DNA of 64,000 bases from a virus (lineage: Duplodnaviria; Caudoviricetes). Position 1 is the stretch's first letter, and each line of letters starts with the position of its first letter. The notes under the pieces are model-generated. The model saw nothing but the letters and a program-made list of their open reading frames with translations. It did no database searches and was not told the origin of the DNA. This document shows positions 58,947 through 64,000 of this stretch, in pieces. Location of the stretch: IMG/VR virus record IMGVR_UViG_3300037067_009374, positions 1 to 64,000 of that record, one strand, 5' to 3'. Both the position numbers and the translations under genes were made by a program.

Positions 58947-60455
58947 TTATTTTTCTTTTCTCCTTTTAATAAATTCCTTAATACTCATAAACTCCCAACC
59001 TTCATTCATGTAGGTACTTAGTCTTTCACCAAAATGAGAAGTAAGGAAGTAGTGGCTATTGTCAAAGTAATCAACAATTAATACCTCTGACTTTTCACTT
59101 GTCTTCCTCAATCCTCTACCAGCAGTCTGTAAAGTCTGAATTTCTTCTTTACTACTAGAAGCATTTATCATCACATCAAGAGAAGGAATATTGATTCCTT
59201 CTCGCCAAACTACGTTTGCGATGATACACTTGACTTCTTTCTTTTTCATAGATTCCTTCAAAGTATCTCGATTTTCAGTAGAAATAGCTCCTTTTATAAA
59301 AGGTACAAAGCAATTCAATTTATCCCTTAACATCCTTTGCAATTGCTCACCATGATCTATATTGGTAACAAATACCAAAACAGATAGATCATTTGCTACA
59401 AGTTCAGCAGCATCGTTTACCTTTAACAAATTTGCTGCTTCATTGAACTTTACACCATGCTCATAGACTTCTGGGTACTTTCGGAGATTCTTTACGTGAG
59501 CAGAGAAAGGGACTTTACGAATACAAATTCTTGGTTCTGCAAGCAATTCTAAATTACTTCCTTCTTGGATAGTAAACTCAGCAAGAACAGGACCAAGAAA
59601 AGATTCCATTGCTAATCTTTTTCTTGTGTAATCTTTTGGTACAGTAGCAGTTAAACCAATTCTTACTGGTGCATTGAGTTTAGTTAAGATTTCTGCATAT
59701 TCCCCATTGAAGGAACTTAGATGGTGGCTTTCATCACAAATAACCACATCAAATTTATCAGTTATAGAATCTCCTAATTCTTCTACAATTCTTGCCATCG
59801 TTTGTCTTGTAGACAACCAGATTTTAGCTTCTCTCCTTTGTTTTTTAGTTCCATACATTTCAGTAAAATCAAAACACTTGAAGTCCCTCATATCATCTGC
59901 AAGTTGAGAGATAAGTCCTGTAGTATGGGCAAGAAAAAGAATATTTGAATCTAGGTGTGAATACATCAATCCCATTGCAAGTAATGATTTTCCCATACCT
60001 GTAAAGCCTTGTAGAATGCCTCTTTTGTAGAGACAAGCACGATTAATATGATATATTTGGTCTTCTCTTAACTTTTCAAATTTTCTTCCATCAGAAAAAG
60101 TTACTTGGGGAAGTTCAGGGAACTGGAATTTTGGATAGATAGGAATAGTATCACAATTATACAAGTAACCTTTTTCTTTGCAAAACTTTTTCAATCTTGG
60201 TAAAAGACCTGTATATATTCCTATCAAATTAGACCCGAACTTTTTTGTTTTTACAAATACAGGATATTTCTGTTCTATAAACTCCTTATTAAAGGTTCCT
60301 TGTTTAACTCTTATATCATTGAAATAGAGACAATCTGTAAATACATCCAGATCATTTCTATCTCCAACTGCCCAAATATTATTAATTATCCTAATATTGA
60401 TCTTACGTAAGTTTTCGCTTCCTTTATTGTTTCCCTCAGTATTCCCTCCGTCCAT
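58947..60455 (-). CDS. Superfamily 2 helicase (UvsW/XPB-like)
   Basis: LREDQ, TGMGKS, DESHH, GLTAT, EGINIP, QTAGRGLR. Confidence 0.92.
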   Translation of the reverse strand: MDGGNTEGNNKGSENLRKINIRIINNIWAVGDRNDLDVFTDCLYFNDIRVKQGTFNKEFIEQKYPVFVKTKKFGSNLIGIYTGLLPRLKKFCKEKGYLYNCDTIPIYPKFQFPELPQVTFSDGRKFEKLREDQIYHINRACLYKRGILQGFTGMGKSLLAMGLMYSHLDSNILFLAHTTGLISQLADDMRDFKCFDFTEMYGTKKQRREAKIWLSTRQTMARIVEELGDSITDKFDVVICDESHHLSSFNGEYAEILTKLNAPVRIGLTATVPKDYTRKRLAMESFLGPVLAEFTIQEGSNLELLAEPRICIRKVPFSAHVKNLRKYPEVYEHGVKFNEAANLLKVNDAAELVANDLSVLVFVTNIDHGEQLQRMLRDKLNCFVPFIKGAISTENRDTLKESMKKKEVKCIIANVVWREGINIPSLDVMINASSSKEEIQTLQTAGRGLRKTSEKSEVLIVDYFDNSHYFLTSHFGERLSTYMNEGWEFMSIKEFIKRRKEK

Positions 60456-60718
60456 CTCATCTCCTTTTTTGCCATCTGAAAGATTTTTGTTGGTGTGATA
60501 TTTTGTGTTGGATATGTTTTCATTGAAAATTCAATCAAAGACTTAGCCCTTCGTGAGAGGTGCTTATCAGTTTTACCATTTGCTGCTTCATGTCTCATTA
60601 ATGTTTCTTCAGGGTTCAAATAAGAACTTTCAAGGTTGTCTGTTTTGTAAATAAAACAATCATTATAGAGGATATTATAAGCATCTTCAATTCCTTCTTT
60701 ACATCTATTTTCTTTCAT
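60386..60718 (-). CDS. Hypothetical protein
   Basis: ORF with RBS; NPEE motif resembles a sigma region-4 linker (weak). Confidence 0.45.
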   Translation of the reverse strand: MKENRCKEGIEDAYNILYNDCFIYKTDNLESSYLNPEETLMRHEAANGKTDKHLSRRAKSLIEFSMKTYPTQNITPTKIFQMAKKEMRWTEGILRETIKEAKTYVRSILG

Positions 60719-61083
60719 GATACTTTTCTCCTCATAGGTATGATTATTCCATTTTCTACTGGTGGCCTATACCCCCTTCTACCACTTACCACACAATCTC
60801 CTTGATAACAAGTTTTTGGACAGTCAGTGTGTTTTGTTTTTTGTCTATGAAGACACAAAATTTGGTTTATTCTAATATGATTTTCAGTACACCAAAAGAA
60901 TTTACCAGGAGTGTAATAAGAACACGCAGGGTTATTTGCTTGAATGAAATCTTTTGAAAATGGACATTTTCTTTTATGAACCCATACTGCTTTTTCCCCA
61001 TCCCCTCCTATGTTTTCTCTCATTCTGAATTTAGTTGGAACTTCCTCGTAGTAAGTACAATACTCACATAATTTTTCTCCCAT
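60715..61083 (-). CDS. Cys-rich hypothetical protein
   Basis: Nine or more Cys in 122 aa; AAGGAG RBS. Confidence 0.55.
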   Translation of the reverse strand: MGEKLCEYCTYYEEVPTKFRMRENIGGDGEKAVWVHKRKCPFSKDFIQANNPACSYYTPGKFFWCTENHIRINQILCLHRQKTKHTDCPKTCYQGDCVVSGRRGYRPPVENGIIIPMRRKVS

Positions 61084-61435
61084 AATTGTCTCCTTTTGTT
61101 AGTAGTAAGACACAAGGAAGAGCACTATTTCTAATGCTCGACCTTCTATCTACTACCTATAAGATTTGATCTTTTTCAATAATTCTATTATGTTTTTTAC
61201 TTCTATTTCCTCTTCGTCAGAATCAATTTGAAAAGATTCAATTGGAATTTCTGTAATTGTTTCAAAATCATAATCCCATCTAGGATCACAAACTATTGAT
61301 CCTAGATATCCTTCAAGATTAGTTTGGAGGAGTTTCATTTCCTTTGAAGTAAGTTGTATAGTAAATATTTCTGACATAGTTTTCCCTTTCTTTGATTTTG
61401 TTGTTTTGGGATTGTGTATAGAATTGATACTCTAT

Positions 61436-61462
61436 AGAATATCACACTATATAAAAGTTTTT
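61436..61462 (-). promoter_or_regulatory. Putative promoter (AAAAACTTT-N9-TGATATTCT)
   Basis: Same architecture as the 35821 and 48010 motifs. Confidence 0.45.
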
Positions 61463-63378
61463 GCTAAAAAAGTATTTGGAATCAACTTTTTCCTTCTGCT
61501 TTCTCTATTGCTTTCCTGAGCAATTTTGAAACAACAAATGCTGGATTATCAGTGGGATTAAGATTTTTGCCAATAATCAGTTATTACTCTTGAAGCATAA
61601 TTGTATCCATCATATCTACAGATGGTTGGAGTAGTTTTTTCCATTCCTTTAACTGATGGATGTGCAGGTCCATTTATCGCTTTGATATGACCTATACTTC
61701 CATTATAATCTTTTGCCCAAGGTCCTGGTGTATGTTTCATTTAAACCACCTCCACATTCTTGAAGTAAAGTTGATAAGTTTCTTTGGATCTTGTAGTACA
61801 ATATTAAATCTTTCTTGATTCTCCTTTCCTAAGTTTTCATAAACTTTTATCATGGTAGAAATTGTAAACGTATCAATGATAACTCCCTTAAGCATTACTT
61901 CGTTCGGTGCAATAGAAATGTATCTTTTTTCTTCGACATGTTTCCTCAGTAGATCAATGGTCAAAGACTCAATAGGTATCCCATTCTTACATTCTAGTTC
62001 TAATTCTTCAATAAATTCCTCATGTAGCTCTTCTGCTATTTTATGAGCTTTATCATCCATGCACACTCTCCTTTTTATTGATTAACTCCATTTGCTTCAC
62101 TGTGACGATAAATTCTTTTGTTGTGATTTTTTCTGTTACCGGTATAAACTTACCTTCTTTGTCTGTTATTTCTATAACCTGAACTTTTCCCCCTTTAAAA
62201 AATTCAAGTGCCCAAGCTCCTGGATTATAAGTAAAATCTTGTAGAACACATTCTGTTGATTTGTCCATAATTCTGGCAAGCTTGTAGAATGCTAGTTTAG
62301 CATCTGTCTTACTAATCATATGACGCTCCTTTACTTCTTACTCAAGGAAATCAAATAGATTAACTTCTTTAATTGATTTCCTTCTCATAGGAATAACAAC
62401 TTTTTCGGGTTCTTTATTCTTCCCTTTTAATTCTGTTGCAATTTGGTTCAAAGCTTGAATGTGAGATTCTGGAAAAAAGTTGTGTGGTTCTTTTCTACTG
62501 TTTGCTTGATCCACAAGCATAAAGAAATGTCATTCTGCCATTGCTTGAGCTTGAAATCTTGCCCATTCTAATGGGGTGTCCATTTATATTTACTCCTTCT
62601 TTTGGAATAACAAATCCGAGAAACACATGAACATTTTTCCAGTTCCAAATTCTGCTAAAGTTCTCAAATCTTTGTTCAAAATCGTGTGTGGACCTGAATA
62701 ATATTCAGATTCCCGTAAAGAGTAATCAATAATGAAAATCTCATCTCCTTCTTTTAGGTTATCCCATAAAACTTGTTCAAGCCATGATTCTGGTTTTTCA
62801 TACTGAATCGCTTCAGTTTCCATAGTTCTCCTTTCTCATCCAAGGTTAATTGCAAGTAACAATGCCAAATAGCATAGTTCTCAGTCTATGCTATTATGGT
62901 ATTATTAATTGCTTGTGTTAAGCCATCTATTCTGATATTTCTTTTTGTGTGCTTTATATCCAATTACATAGCCGACACAAAACGAAAAACACATTAAGGA
63001 TACACCTATCAATAATACAAATCCATCAACTGTTACTGGATGTATCATTCTTTTCTCCCTTATTCAGGAATTGTTTGAATAATAACAGGTTGCACTAACA
63101 CTTTTTTCTTAAACATCTCGTTGGTATTTTCTCTGAGAAATTTTGCTCTTGCCTTACAATCTTCTAAGGCAAGAGGTTCTTTATCAGGATTTGGAAAAGT
63201 CATAGAATCTAATCTATGTTCACAACCTTCCCACAACACATCATTCCTTATGTTGTGGATGATAATGCAACAACAATATTTAGAATATACCTTTTCATTC
63301 ATTATACCACCCTCCCACTCATCTGATGAACATTACGACCACCACAAGAAATCTTCGGATCAGCTTTGTAAGCCCAAT

Positions 63379-63993
63379 TCAATCTGTACCAAAAGTATCA
63401 TCTTGACATTGTTGACAGAAACCAGAAATTCTATACTCCTTCACAGAAATTTCATTTCTAAACCCACCAACTTCTTTTTTACACCAAACACAAATTTTCT
63501 TTTTGTGAGCATCTTGCCTTGAAATACCTGTTTGTGAGGTAAGTAAATCATCAATTTCTTTTGCTTTTGGAGTAGTAGTAATAATGTTTTCTTTAACGAG
63601 AGGGAGAAACTCAGCATTCAATGGGAGTCTATCATAGAAGTGTTCAGGAATTTCTCCTTGATGCCATAAGTTTCTTGTTTCAACTTCTCTTCCATCAAAG
63701 AATCCAACAATGAATTTATTCCCACCATAACCGAGCCACCTTAAACTTCCAGTAGTTACTGGACCAATTATGTAATGATGGGGTTTTCCATACATATTAG
63801 ATGCTCTGACAGTATTTGGATCGTCTTTTACAGCAATTACTTCTATCCAAAAATTACAATTGAAGCAAAGTTTTTGGTCATAGAGTTTCTGGTTGATTTC
63901 GTGAAACCACGAAAGTGTTTCTACTTTCCCACACTCGTGGCATGTTACTTTTTCTCCCATTAAGGATGATCCATCAATAGATTTTTCTGCCAT
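63379..63993 (-). CDS. Hypothetical zinc-finger protein
   Basis: CHEC, CFNC, CVWC, CQQC pairs; SGFCQQCQD tail. Confidence 0.6.
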   Translation of the reverse strand: MAEKSIDGSSLMGEKVTCHECGKVETLSWFHEINQKLYDQKLCFNCNFWIEVIAVKDDPNTVRASNMYGKPHHYIIGPVTTGSLRWLGYGGNKFIVGFFDGREVETRNLWHQGEIPEHFYDRLPLNAEFLPLVKENIITTTPKAKEIDDLLTSQTGISRQDAHKKKICVWCKKEVGGFRNEISVKEYRISGFCQQCQDDTFGTD

Positions 63994-64000
63994 TTTAATT

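Noticed and set aside
42038-62520. Recurrent PMRRK/PLVRR peptide motif in several proteins
   Set aside because: Mostly explained by overlapping AGGAG Shine-Dalgarno sequences of the downstream genes
124-63963. Numerous short antisense or nested ORFs in the track
   Set aside because: They overlap well-supported genes, lack RBS or motifs, and read as shadow ORFs

Overview
AT-rich 64 kb segment of a large tailed dsDNA bacteriophage with a siphovirus-type tail. No integrase, capsid, portal or terminase gene is in the window. There are two converging gene arms. The + arm (1-25835) carries a glycosyltransferase/methyltransferase/B12-radical-SAM cluster, a GH24 endolysin, tail completion, tube and chaperone genes (with a clear -1 frameshift), a 1958-aa tape measure protein, a DUF2163/NlpC-P60/central-tail tip module, and a mosaic fibre/spike region in which three proteins carry Sec- or Tat-like export signals. 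The - arm (25906-63993) carries recombination and replication genes: split Rad50/SbcC plus Mre11/SbcD, RuvC-like resolvase, 5'-3' exonuclease, RecA, ThyA, gp32-like SSB, UvsY-like protein, DnaX, UDG-fused family A polymerase with an HNH intein, beta clamp, DnaB, initiator, primase and SF2 helicase. It also has a complete 7-deazaguanine DNA modification pathway (dpdA, queF, folE, queC, queE, queD; predicted dPreQ1) and many small hypothetical genes. The most unusual elements are two related non-canonical tRNA-like RNAs with 9-nt anticodon loops, giant variable arms and no CCA, each about 20 nt upstream of a folate-linked gene (thyA, folE). Also notable are a further structured RNA beside one of them, the export signals on fibre-like proteins, a vestigial fibre tip and a repeated promoter motif. 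All calls come from reading motifs by eye; no searches were run.
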